Source: Podarcis melisellensis
Taxonomy: Eukaryota
Reading direction: 5' to 3' (one strand)
Length of the DNA stretch: 64,000 bases
NCBI GenBank assembly: GCA_964234715.1
Contig: OZ174283.1
The translations under genes were made by a program, and so were the position numbers. Below the pieces are notes generated by a model. The model saw nothing but the letters and a program-made list of their open reading frames with translations, was not told where the DNA came from and did no database searches. Shown piece after piece: positions 52,631-63,550 of this stretch (the stretch's first letter is position 1; each line of letters begins with the position of its first letter).

Positions 52631-53554
52631 TCAGCAGAATATTTTTTTTTATCACAACCATGCATCAATGCTATCTGCAAATAACTTGGAAATAATGTTC
52701 TACAGCAGTCCTATTTGGGCATTCTGCGTGCATATAGGACCATGAGAATGCAAAGACAGTGCGCTAAGCCTGTCCCCAAATGGCTATCCCTGCCGCCCTC
52801 AAACTTGGTGTGCGTGTGTGTGTGTGGGGGGTGATCCTCCATGAATAATGGAAGCTCCTGTCTCTGTATCACATGACCCCCGCCCTCTCTCCAAAGCTGG
52901 AGAGTGGTGGGAGTGGGGTGGAGCTTACATATTTCGTCCCCACTCACATATAGGGTTTACATGCAAGCAGAACACCCACATAGATTTGTTCTCCACAATA
53001 ATAATAATGGTTATATTTTATTACATTTCTATATGGGCCAAGACAATAACCCAAACATATCCTGTCAGGATTGCTATGGTTTATCTTGCTCAGTGGCTAA
53101 ACTGGCTGTGTGCTGTGATCAAAATAAAGAAAGTAAGAACAACCTTTGGAACTTTTAAATTCATCTGACCTGAAGGGCATCCTGTGGTCCAAAAGCCAAT
53201 GTATCTTGTGCGAGTAAATGGAATTTAAGTGGTTTTGTAAGCAAGTTGAAACATGAACCAGTCTTCTAACCAAGGAACAAAATTTAGCACAGTTAGACAA
53301 GGTTAAGCCCAGTAACATAAATAGACTTAAATGCACCTAACAGAGATTTTCTCATATATATTCATTTTTAGGCAATGACTACAGGCATTAAAACGCAGAA
53401 CTGGGGGAAGAGAGAGGTTAAAGCAGCTTCTCCCACCTTAGGAAGCTCCTTTATACCAGGTCAGACTTTTGGTTCATCTAGCCAAGTACTGTCTCATCTG
53501 CCTGACAGGAGCTCTCTGGCAAAGGCTCTCCTCCTCACTGGTTACCCAACCTTT

Positions 53555-53740
53555 TAGGAATACAGAGAGCTGCCTTATAATGAGACAAAGCAACCATCCA
53601 CCTAGCTCAGCATTGGTCACATCGGCAGACGCTCTCTGGGATTTCAGACAGGAGTCCCTCCCAGCTGAACCTGAAGATGCCAGGATTTGAACCTGGAACC
53701 TTCTGCATGCAAAGTCAGTGCTCCCCCACTGAGCTGCAAC
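53555..53740 (-). mobile_element. Older tRNA-derived SINE
   Basis: Same family as 30189-30366 (GAACCTGGAACCTTCTGCATGCAAAG...CCACTGAGCT). Confidence 0.6.
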
Positions 53741-54370
53741 ACTTGCCTAATGCCAGAACCCCCAACATAACTGTTTGGGTGAGAGCAACTAGATGGGGAA
53801 AGAAACTGAGAGCAGAGTGCATGAGCAAGGAGCAGGTGGGCAGAGAACGCTGATGGCTTGCAGTGGCAAAGGCAAGGCCGCCCTCTGTGCCCTTGCCCGC
53901 CTTGTCCTGCACACCACAGGCAGTCCTCCTGCCTGTCACAGGGAGAGGTGCTTTGCAAGTGCTTTAAATAACATCGCTGCAAATTGCAGGTCTTTTGAGC
54001 CCCAGCAGCGTCATTCAAACTCTAGCGGAATCTCTCAGAGCACAAAAGCATGTGCTGTGAGCCTCCTACGCTGCTTCTGAAATTCTGTCCTCCACAGTTC
54101 AGCTTGTTCCTTCCTTTGCTTTCTTTGGGCAGAAAATGTGTAAACACGTTTCTGCTGCGCATAGTTAGCTGCACAGGAAGCGACTGCAGAAAACAAAACC
54201 TGCTTCTTGCCCAGCCAGCTGCCCCAGGGCAGTCCACAAGCAAGGCTCCTCTCCCATGGTTGCTCTGCACCAGCTGCTATTCAAGGGCATTAGGAGATTT
54301 GAACTGTTTTGTTTTTAAAAAAAGGAGTTTTAATTGTATTGTTTTAGTATTGACATAGCATCCTTTAGAG

Positions 54371-54768
54371 CAGGCATGGCCAAACTTGGCCCTCCAGCTG
54401 TTTTGGGACTACAATTCCCATCACCCCTGACCACTGGTCCTGTTAAGCCAGTGTGGTGTAGTGGTTAAGAGCGGTAGTCTCGTAATCTGGGGAACCGGGT
54501 TCGCGTCTCCGCTCCTCCACATGCAGCTGCTGGGTGACCTTGGGCCAGTCACACTTCTCTGAAGTCTCTCAGCCCCACTCACCTCACAGAGTGTTTGTTG
54601 TGGGGAAGGAAGGGAAAGGAGAATGTTAGCCGCTTTGAGACTCCTTAAAGGGAGTGAAAGGCGGGATATTAAATCCAAACTCTTCTTCTTCCTCTTCTTC
54701 TTCTTAAGCTAGGGATGATGGGAGTTGTAGTGCCAAAACAGCTGGAGGGTCGAGTTTGGCCATGCCTG
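54371..54768. mobile_element. hAT MITE containing a nested SINE
   Basis: CAGGCATGGCCAAACT ... AGTTTGGCCATGCCTG; perfect 8-bp TSD CTTTAGAG at 54363-54370 and 54769-54776. Confidence 0.92.
54449..54703 (+). mobile_element. tRNA-derived SINE (Squam3-type) nested in the hAT MITE
   Basis: Near-identical to 22102-22343; TSD TTAAGC at 54443-54448 and 54704-54709; (CTT)n tail. Confidence 0.9.
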
Positions 54769-55480
54769 CTTTAGAGGAAGATGTGGGATCTAAATTTAAT
54801 AAATAAACGAGATAGCGATATGTCATACTCCACTTACTTCAAAATGTGGCAAGCCTGCCCTGCTGCTCATTCTGCTGGGCAGGGCCCTGGACTTCTGCCC
54901 CAAAGTCCTGCCCTGATATAGTGCCACTGAGCACAGGTGCTGTAAACTGATACATATTCCTAAAAACGGTTCTCTAATCCTATCAACCTGAACTGGTGCT
55001 GAAATGACATTCTATGTTCAGCTGCACTTTATTTACTTATTGGCATTGTCACGCTGACCTCATCTTTGCTGCTGCCATCACTTTCATGGGCTATTTCATT
55101 TTACTGTTTCTAAATGATGGTTTGTTATTATGTGCTTATGGTGTACAGTAGGGGTTGTGAACCATTTTTGGCCACCTTCGCCCATGACCAGTCTTCCAGG
55201 GGTTACGTGCCATAGGTGAGCATGGCCCAAAGTGGGAGAGACTACCCCACATTCTTATTTGCACACACAGGCCACAATCTGTCAAATGATCCAGCTGATG
55301 ACTGGGGAAGGAGGAGAGCTGAATTCCTATCAGGGTGTTGCTTTAGGTCGAAGGATTTAAACTTCTCCACTCAACTCATGCCCCATTTGTGCCACTGTTA
55401 CAAGAAATGGTGGGGGACAGAGCAAAAAAAAAAATGCTTTGGGGGGTCCTCATATATAGCTATCCCTAGTATACAGCAGA

Positions 55481-55830
55481 GGGACACAGGTGGCGCTGTG
55501 GGTTAAACCACAGAGCCTAGGACTTGCAGATCAGATGGTCGGCGGTTCAAATCCCCGCAACAGGGTGAGCTCCCGTTGCTCGGTCCCTGCTCCTGCCAAC
55601 CTAGCAGTTCAAAAGCACGTCAAAGTGCAAGTAGATAAATAAGTACAACTCCAGTGGGAAGGTAAACGGCGTTTCCGTGTGCTGCTCTGGTTCGCCAGAA
55701 GCGACTTTGTCATGCTGGCCACATGCCCGGAAGCTATACGCCGGCTCCCTCGGCCAATAAAGCGAGATGAGCACCGCAACCCCAGAGTCGTCCACGACTG
55801 GACCTAACAGTCAGGGGTCCCTTTACCTTT
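55481..55830 (+). mobile_element. Sauria SINE (Squam1), full length, in an MFAP3L intron
   Basis: GGGACACAGGTGGCGCTGTGG head, B box GGTTCAAATCCC, tail CCTTTACCTTT. Confidence 0.93.
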
Positions 55831-55987
55831 AGTATACAGCATTTTAGTTCATGAAAGCTGTCCTGTGAGGGAATTTGCTCAGGAAGGCAAGTGGGAAATA
55901 TCTTTAAAAAATAAATATGTAACACAATAACTGTAGCATCTCATGTATGCACTAGGCGGACCATGTGTTAGCTCCACCATTACATAC

Positions 55988-56270
55988 CTGTATTCCCATC
56001 TTCCTTCAGCAAATGGCCATTGGAGTTGTACCACTTGTACTCTGGCCCCGGATTACCTTGAACGTTGCAGTCAATCAAGGCACTGTAACCTTCCTTGACT
56101 ATAATGTGATCAACTCTGGAGACGACCACAGGCAAAGATCCTAAGAGCATATGAGTGTGGTTTAAAGTGCTGTTCGTGACATCTTCAGCAGCTGTCAAGA
56201 CTGCTAGCAAGATGGAAAGGTGTACGGTAGTCCAATAGTACAAAAGGAGGTGGCGGCTGAACATGTTCAT
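55988..56270 (-). CDS. MFAP3L: MFAP3L first coding exon (signal peptide and start of Ig domain); exon probably extends as 5' UTR to the acceptor at 56398
   Basis: MNMFSRHLLL...VTNSTLN...DHIIVKEGYSALIDCNVQGNPGPEYKWYNSNGHLLKEDGNT; donor G|gtatgt; 283 + 872 nt = 384 aa + stop. Confidence 0.94.
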
Positions 56271-57542
56271 CTGTCTTCTTGTGCACTGCAGAGCAGACTT
56301 AAGGATAGGCCAGGAATCGTGTAGTGCACTGTCCTGAAGAAGCCACGGGTAATATTAACCTCGATCCATGAAATTTTAAGAGCCAAGAAAATAATACCCT
56401 GCAAAATAAGACGAGTAATATCAGCAAATGGGAGTGAGGAACATTACTGAAAGTGGAATAATATGTCCTTAACCAGTCCAGCTATGCCAACCTGCTTACA
56501 CCATGAGTAGCCAATGTGGTATCCTCCAGATGTTTCTGGACTCCAATTCCCATCAAACTCATAAACATGGCCAATGGTCAGGGATGATGGGAGGTGTAAT
56601 CCTACAACATCAAGAGGTAATCACATAAGCACATATATAAAAGGCTGCTGGGGGGGGGATGCAAAAATATTTAAGCACACATGATTTTTGTGTGAAAGAA
56701 TGTAGCTAAGGTCATAGCTTATAACGCAGGCAGAGCCCTGAAACACATTTGAATTATTATAACCTTTTAGCAGTCAATTATCCAGCAAAAAACCTCTCTA
56801 CTGGCGATGCAATTAAAGTTTCACTAGATCCAGAATGTAAGTTGTGATCTGTTCCATTAAAGCAGTGCAATGTGGTTGATATTATTAATAGAGCAACGAA
56901 TCTATCAATAGTTGAGTCACGGGGGCAGAAAAGTCCAGCAATCCTTGGAAGCAGCTATAGCACACTAGGACTTGAGAAAATGTGCCCAGGGAGTAAATAA
57001 CCATTTCTCTGCTGTTGCTGCCTCCCTGTATTAGTGTTTCAAGAAACACCAAACAGCTGATATCCACAGCAAGTCTTAAGGACCAGGAGGCTTTTCTTTC
57101 CTCCCTGATGAGAATTGCCCAAAAGCAGAAACACCAAAAGGAATGGTCTGAAAAAAGCTTCTGCAGAAATTAGGCTAGCCCAGTAGCTTCAAATGGTTAA
57201 CAAGTCCATTGCTGGTGAGGATTTTCACAGCCCTCAGTTGTAATCCTTCCCTTGATTGTGTCATGTAATGAAGAGTAGAAAGCATTATGGAAGCAAAATG
57301 TTGTCACACTCCCATTAATCCCAACACAACAAAGCAATGCTTGGCCACCTCTTTATGTGGTACTGTGTCCTGCAAATTAATTAATGCAACCCTTTATAAT
57401 GACATAGGAGGCTCTAAATTTCATGAAGACATGTTTTAAGAGTATCCAAACCAATGTACTTCTAAACAAGATTATCATATGCAACCTACAGATTTTGGCT
57501 TGGAAGGAAAGGCAAAACATTAGGATTTACTGATGCAGCACA

Positions 57543-57892
57543 CAGAGGTGGAAGAAGGTGGTGCGGTGGGGGCGGTTCGCCACAGGTGTCATCACTGAGG
57601 GGGGTGACATTTGGCCACGACTCCCAAGTTGGTGGAGGCTTGGGAGTCATGGTTGCTTCGGGGGGGGGGAGCCTCCCCTGAGCTGTCAAAAGGAAGAGGG
57701 AAGGGAGGAAGGCTGCTGGCAAAGTGGCCCAGCTCCCTTCTCCTGCCCCCGCCCAGGAAGCAGCCCACCATGGGTGGCTCGCTCCATCCCCATGGACAGG
57801 TCGCTCTGCCCCCATGGGCGTCTCACCCCCTGGGTTGCTCGCCCCACCCTCATGGCCCCGCCCCCGGGTGTACAGCATGTGCTCCGCTTCTG
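57543..57892. mobile_element. GC-rich hAT non-autonomous element
   Basis: CAGAGGTGGA ... TCCGCTTCTG termini; 8-bp TSD GCAGCACA / GCAACACA (7 of 8 match). Confidence 0.75.
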
Positions 57893-60800
57893 GCAACACA
57901 TTGGGTTCAAAAGTTCAGTCTCAACGATGTGAACTCAAGGCAATGACAGGCTAGAAAGGGTGATCGATAAGTCCCACTCAATGGTAGCTGTGATCTCTCT
58001 GGCTTTTCACAGTTTTTATATGAGCAAGCAATTGTCTCCAACTCTATGAGCCATTTATAGTTGAACAACATCACCTCTGGGATCTCTCCATCCCCACCCT
58101 TTTCACTAGCGCTAGCTGAATTATAGGCACTGAAACACACTCAACTTATATACTATGGCAGCATCTTCAAAGCACCGCACCCATCTGAAAGTTACTACGC
58201 CAAAATGCATGTGTGCATACCTTCTCTCACAATAAAATCTCTTTCTTCCCCTCTCCCAACTTCCCTGCAGCAAGCAGAAAAAGGAATATAGTATGATCTG
58301 ATGTGGTACAATCCTATGCATTATTCAAAAGAAAGATCTATTGTCTTCAAGGGAACTTGCTTCCTAGAGAGAGTGTAGAGCCTTAGACACAGCATAACAG
58401 TGTAACCCTCTTCATGTTTACTTGGAAGTATGTCCCATTCTGTTCAATGGGGATCACTCATTAGTAAGCGTTCTTAAGAAATGCGGAGAATTGGTTAGGG
58501 GAAAATGAGAAACTCTGTCCATTCATTCCTACCTAGGAATGTAACTTACTTCTGAATAGACATGCATAGGATTATATTAGGCAGGGTCCTTTCCATCCCC
58601 AGTCTTACCAATCAGGAGCAGCAGGGTTTGTTTGTTTTGTCTCATTTGTTTTCCCCACCCCACTCCATGATGGAATACAAAAGGTACTGTATGTTTATCA
58701 TGGGAAAATTGACAGGTATATTCAAATCGAGGCTAAACTTACCCAGGTACATATTATTTCATGTGCAGATAGTATTTCTCTTAGCAGTTGGCCTGAGTGC
58801 ATTCTTTGCAAGCAAATCTGTTTTGTGATACTTATTACCATACACTGGACCTGCAGTCAAATTTGAAGCCGCATCACTCTGCCACATCTACAAATCACAT
58901 GTTGTAATGTGCAAATGAAGCATTTAATCACTCCAATACCAGTTCTGGGTGGAGTGTAGATGCAATAACTTCTCTCATAGCAATCTGTTTCAGGCACATC
59001 ATTAATTTTGGGGAAAGGACTGTATAATCATTTCTTTCATCTGCTCACAGATTCAAGTAATTTTAGTTATACCTATAGATATGGGCTGGAAAATCACAAC
59101 CCAACAAACGCAACAGCACAACAAAAGTAAATTTGGATTTAAAATGAGTGATACTCTTCTTTCTTTCTTATGAGCTTGTGAAGTCAAAAAAGTTTCTGCC
59201 TTCCAAGTTTATTGGGACATTTTTTGTCCTTGGTATTACATTTGTATAAGTTCCACCCTAAAACATTTACAGTGTAATTATGTAGGCTTGCATACGTCAG
59301 GTAAATTCCTGACATGTGCTGGTTTTCGGGTGTAAAAATGGCGTAAGGGGGGAATTTTGCCAAATCATAAAAATGTCAATGAGACTTACTCTCAAGAAAG
59401 TGGGATTGGGATTGCAGCCTTCATGTGATACTGCATTTCCTTACCAGCAGGGATTTGAATCTCTGCAGGACGGGGTATAGCCTAGCTGTGGGGAAAACCA
59501 AGCTGCTGTTAGCCTTCTTTAGAAGCAAATAAACTGAGGAACACCAAACCCACAACACACACCCAGTCTGGAAGCACCCTTAAAACACAAGTATCAGAGA
59601 GCTGCATAATTACGAAATAGCACAATGGAGGACCTACCAGCAGCAAGAACATTTTTAACAATTAAGTAAAAGTGGCATGGGAACAGGAAGAAGGCTGTGT
59701 TTGCTTTTCACAAGCAATGCCACAGGCACTGTGCATAAGTGCTTATGATACTTGCACAGCCACATTCCATGCAGCAATTGAAAAGCAATGAATGATTGCA
59801 ATAATTGGCAGAGGAGTTGCATTTCGACAAGTTTTTCCAGCCAAATGAAAAGGTCTCTGTCTTATGCTATGCATTTCAAACCCTATTTGCAGTTGTTCTT
59901 TGTATTGTTTTTAAACATATGTTTGCGGTTTTTATATGTTTGCAAATCACCTTGAGACAGATCTGTAAAAGGCGATTCGTGAATTAATTATTAGTGCTAC
60001 CATCATGACTAATAATAATTTCCCAATTTATAAAGTATTGAACTTTGAATATGGACTCTCCCTGAGAATAGAAAATGTGCAAAAAGCCAACATCCTCCAC
60101 CTCTCTAGCTATCTGCTCACTTGCGGAGTAGCAAGTACCAATGAAATTAGCCAAGCTATCTTAGTTTTTTCTTTGTGCATGGCCCCAGCAAAATCTTTCT
60201 TTGACTTGTAAATGCCTTTAGAATATGGATCGTAACAACAGGTCTTGAAACCAGAAGGTGTCATCCTTCATTTTCTTTTAAAGAGCACAACTTGGAATAT
60301 CCTTTGGCTACTATCAATGGGCAGAGCAATCTAGTATGAGTAGGGGAGGGAGAATTTGTGATAGTAAAGGAGGTAGCCTGAGGAGAAAGAGGTATTCCAG
60401 CTGTAGGGCTTTCATCTCTCCCCAGCCCCACCTGGGGGCATCTTGAGGGAACAGGGGAAGGAACACTGCAAAATCCCATGGCTCCCGGGATGCCTTCTTA
60501 GTGACCACAGGTTTGTGCCCTAAATGTCACCACACATTACATTCCAACATTAATCATCCTCAAAAGGAGACCCACTGAAATTAATGAACTTAAGTAACAT
60601 GTCTACTGATTTTGATGGATCTACTCTGAGCATGATTAATGCTGGATATCACCTATATGAATTGGATATCATATAGGATATCACCTATATGAATTGGTTA
60701 TGAATTGGATTATGGATGCAAAAATCACTTTCGTGTTTGAATTTCCAATAAAATTATAACGCTCAAGGCACGGATAAGGGGGAGGGGACGACTCTCAGCC

Positions 60801-61226
60801 CAATCCCTGCATTCCAGGTGGGTTCATATGGGAGCAGCAATCTTTGAATCCCCTAGGTCTCAAGCATCTCTCTAGATATTGTTGACCTCCAACTTCCATC
60901 AGCCCCAGACAACATAGCCAATGGTCAGACATGATGAGAGCTGCTGTCCGGAAACATTACTGAGGGGCGGGGATTCAGAAGCATGAGAGATTCCCACATC
61001 TGCAGCCCCCAGAGTTTTATATAGCAGCTGAATCAATGCTAAGGCTGAAATAAAAAAGAAAGAGAAGAAAAGAGTAAAGTTCTTCCATAAAGAAACATAC
61101 TTTTTCTGTATGAAAATGGTTTAGTGGATTTTTTGTGTTGAAATTTATCTGCATGCCTTTTAAACAACATTGCTCTGCTGGTAAAAATCTGGTAAACAGA
61201 AACGACACTGTGCAGCTGAGGTGAAG

Positions 61227-61228
<2 letters not shown>

Positions 61229-61277
<49 letters not shown>
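61229..61277. repeat. (TA)n microsatellite, left flank of Penelope-like copy 2
   Basis: Direct observation; matching (AT)n at 63628-63648. Confidence 0.98.
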
Positions 61278-61280
<3 letters not shown>

Positions 61281-61324
61281 GGTTTTGGTGTCCTCGGGTG
61301 TCTTCCCGTGTAAAAGTTGGGGTG

Positions 61325-61369
61325 TCTAGGCGACGTTTCGACGAGGTCTCACTCGTCATCTTCAGGCTG
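61325..61369 (-). ncRNA. Minimal type I hammerhead ribozyme motif (copy 2, inverted arm)
   Basis: Minus strand reads CUGAAGA-U-GACGAG-ugagac-CUCGUC-GAAA-C-GUC. Confidence 0.78.
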
Positions 61370-61874
61370 GTGCTTTCGGCTTCTTGTTACTGGAACAGAG
61401 CAGGATCTCAGTGTTTGAGTTCCTATAAATACTGTTGAGGGGGTGTGGTGTATAGCCTCCAATGTTCTGGGCAGAGAGGAAGTTCCCAGGCTAGTGTGCC
61501 TTTTCTTCTTTTGTTCCTTAATTACTTGAGGGATATCTTGAGTGATTTCTTGAGTGATATCCTGAGTACCACTTAGGTGGGTCATTAGGTGTGGATTAGT
61601 TGCTAAAGTCTTTGTGTCTTGACCTCTTGAACTTTGTGAAGAGTTTTTCTGAGAAGATGGCTGTACTGCACTTAGTTGTGCTCTGGCTTGGCTTCGTGTA
61701 TAGGGGCGAGCTGTGGTTTTGTGGCCTGTGTCAGCCAGATCTGTGTAGGGATTGCAGGGGGGTGCAGCATCTGGAGGTGCCACCATGGTTTGGCTACTGG
61801 ATGGTGTCTGTAATTTATCTGTGGAGAGGGTCTGGGTTTGGGTCTGGTGTGGTTGATTGGTGATGGCGTTCTGT

Positions 61875-63526
61875 ACAAATACAATCCCCCCGAATACATC
61901 TTGGACCTGACCAACCACTGCCTAACCAACACGTACTTCATCCACAATGGACAAAGATACAAACAGATAGAAGGAGCACCTATGGGATCACCCCTCTCAC
62001 CGGTCATCGCAAACCTGTACATGGAACACTTTGAAACCAATGCTTTAGACAAGTCAGAACACAAACCCAAACTTTGGCTCAGATATGTTGACGACACCTT
62101 TGTAATTTGGCCACACGGGAAGGAAAAACTGGATAGCTTCCTCACACATCTCAACAGCCTACACCCCAAAATACAATTCACTATGGAAATAGAAGCCAAC
62201 AACCAACTTCCCTTCCTTGACGTCCTAATCTACAAAAAACCTGATGGCTCCCTAGGACACACTATCTACCGGAAAAAAACACACACCAACCGCTACTTAC
62301 ATGCACAATCACACCACCACCCTGCACAAATAAACTCCGTAGCCAAGACTCTCATCTCCAGAACCAAACGCCTGGCTGACAAAGACCACTTGACAACTGA
62401 GTTACAGAATCTCTCAAATGTGCTAATTGCCAATGGATACCAGCAAAACAGGGTTACGAAGCTAATCCAAAAAGAAACACCCCCCAAAAACCAAGACACA
62501 GAAGAAAACAATGGCATGGCCCTCCTTCCTTATATCAAGGGCACTACAGATAAAATTAGCAAAATCCTCCATAAACACAATATCAAAACAGCCTTTTGCA
62601 CCAACCAAAAAATAGCCAATATCCTCAGAAACCCCAAGGATAAAATCCAGTTGGAAAACCAAGGGGTCTATGAAATACCCTGCAAAGTCTGCCCAGCCAC
62701 GTACATTGGACAAACAAACAGACGAATAAATGCACGTATCGCAGAACACAAGAATGCCGTCAAAAAAGAAGAAAAAACTTCCTCTCTTTTCCAACACATG
62801 AAAGAAACAGGACACGAAATTAATTTTGCAGATTCCAAATTGCTCTTTAACATGGAACATCACCACAAGAGAATAATCATGGAAGCCATCGAGATAGAGA
62901 AACACCCTCACAACATGAACAAGCGTGACGACACATCCCGCTTGCCAGACATCTGGAAATTAGCCCTCCCCTCAAAAACTGACACCAGATCCAGAGGCAC
63001 ACAGAACGCCATCACCAATCAACCACACCAGACCCAAACCCAGACCCTCTCCACAGATAAATTACAGACACCATCCAGTAGCCAAACCATGGTGGCACCT
63101 CCAGATGCTGCACCCCCCTGCAATCCCTACACAGATCTGGCTGACACAGGCCACAAAACCACAGCTCGCCCCTATACACGAAGCCAAGCCAGAGCACAAC
63201 TAAGTGCAGTACAGCCATCTTCTCAGAAAAACTCTTCACAAAGTTCAAGAGGTCAAGACACAAAGACTTTAGCAACTAATCCACACCTAATGACCCACCT
63301 AAGTGGTACTCAGGATATCACTCAAGAAATCACTCAAGATATCCCTCAAGTAATTAAGGAACAAAAGAAGAAAAGGCACACTAGCCTGGGAACTTCCTCT
63401 CTGCCCAGAACATTGGAGGCTATACACCACACCCCCTCAACAGTATTTATAGGAACTCAAACACTGAGATCCTGCTCTGTTCCAGTAACAAGAAGCCGAA
63501 AGCACCAGCCTGAAGATGACGAGTGA
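61875..63526 (+). CDS. 5'-truncated Penelope-like ORF: C-terminal half of reverse transcriptase, thumb, GIY-YIG endonuclease, low-complexity tail; no stops or frameshifts but no genuine start
   Basis: RT motifs YKQIEGAPMGSPLSP, WLRYVDDTF, LPFLDV, YRKKTHT; endonuclease GVYEIPCKVCPATYIGQT..R..EH..H..E..N. The predicted start at 61838 lies in the inverted arm and is chimeric. Confidence 0.93.
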
Positions 63527-63550
63527 GACCTCGTCGAAACGTCGCCTAGA
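63506..63550 (+). ncRNA. Minimal type I hammerhead ribozyme motif (copy 2, direct arm)
   Basis: CTGAAGA 63510-63516; stem II GACGAG 63518-63523 / CTCGTC 63530-63535; GAAA 63536-63539; GTC 63541-63543. Confidence 0.8.

Noticed and set aside
57486-57954. GC-rich patch as MFAP3L promoter/exon 1 or a coding exon
   Set aside because: Bounded by terminal inverted repeats and an 8-bp TSD, so it is a hAT element; CpG density is modest.
61838-61874. N-terminus of the 562-aa ORF as a real start
   Set aside because: It lies in the inverted arm, is not an ATG, and the early RT motifs are missing, so the copy is 5'-truncated.
61349-62911. Antisense ORFs (189, 176 and 149 aa) as accessory genes of the retroelement
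   Set aside because: Two cross the chimeric inversion junction; the third is a shadow of the A/C-rich sense ORF and has no recognisable motif.
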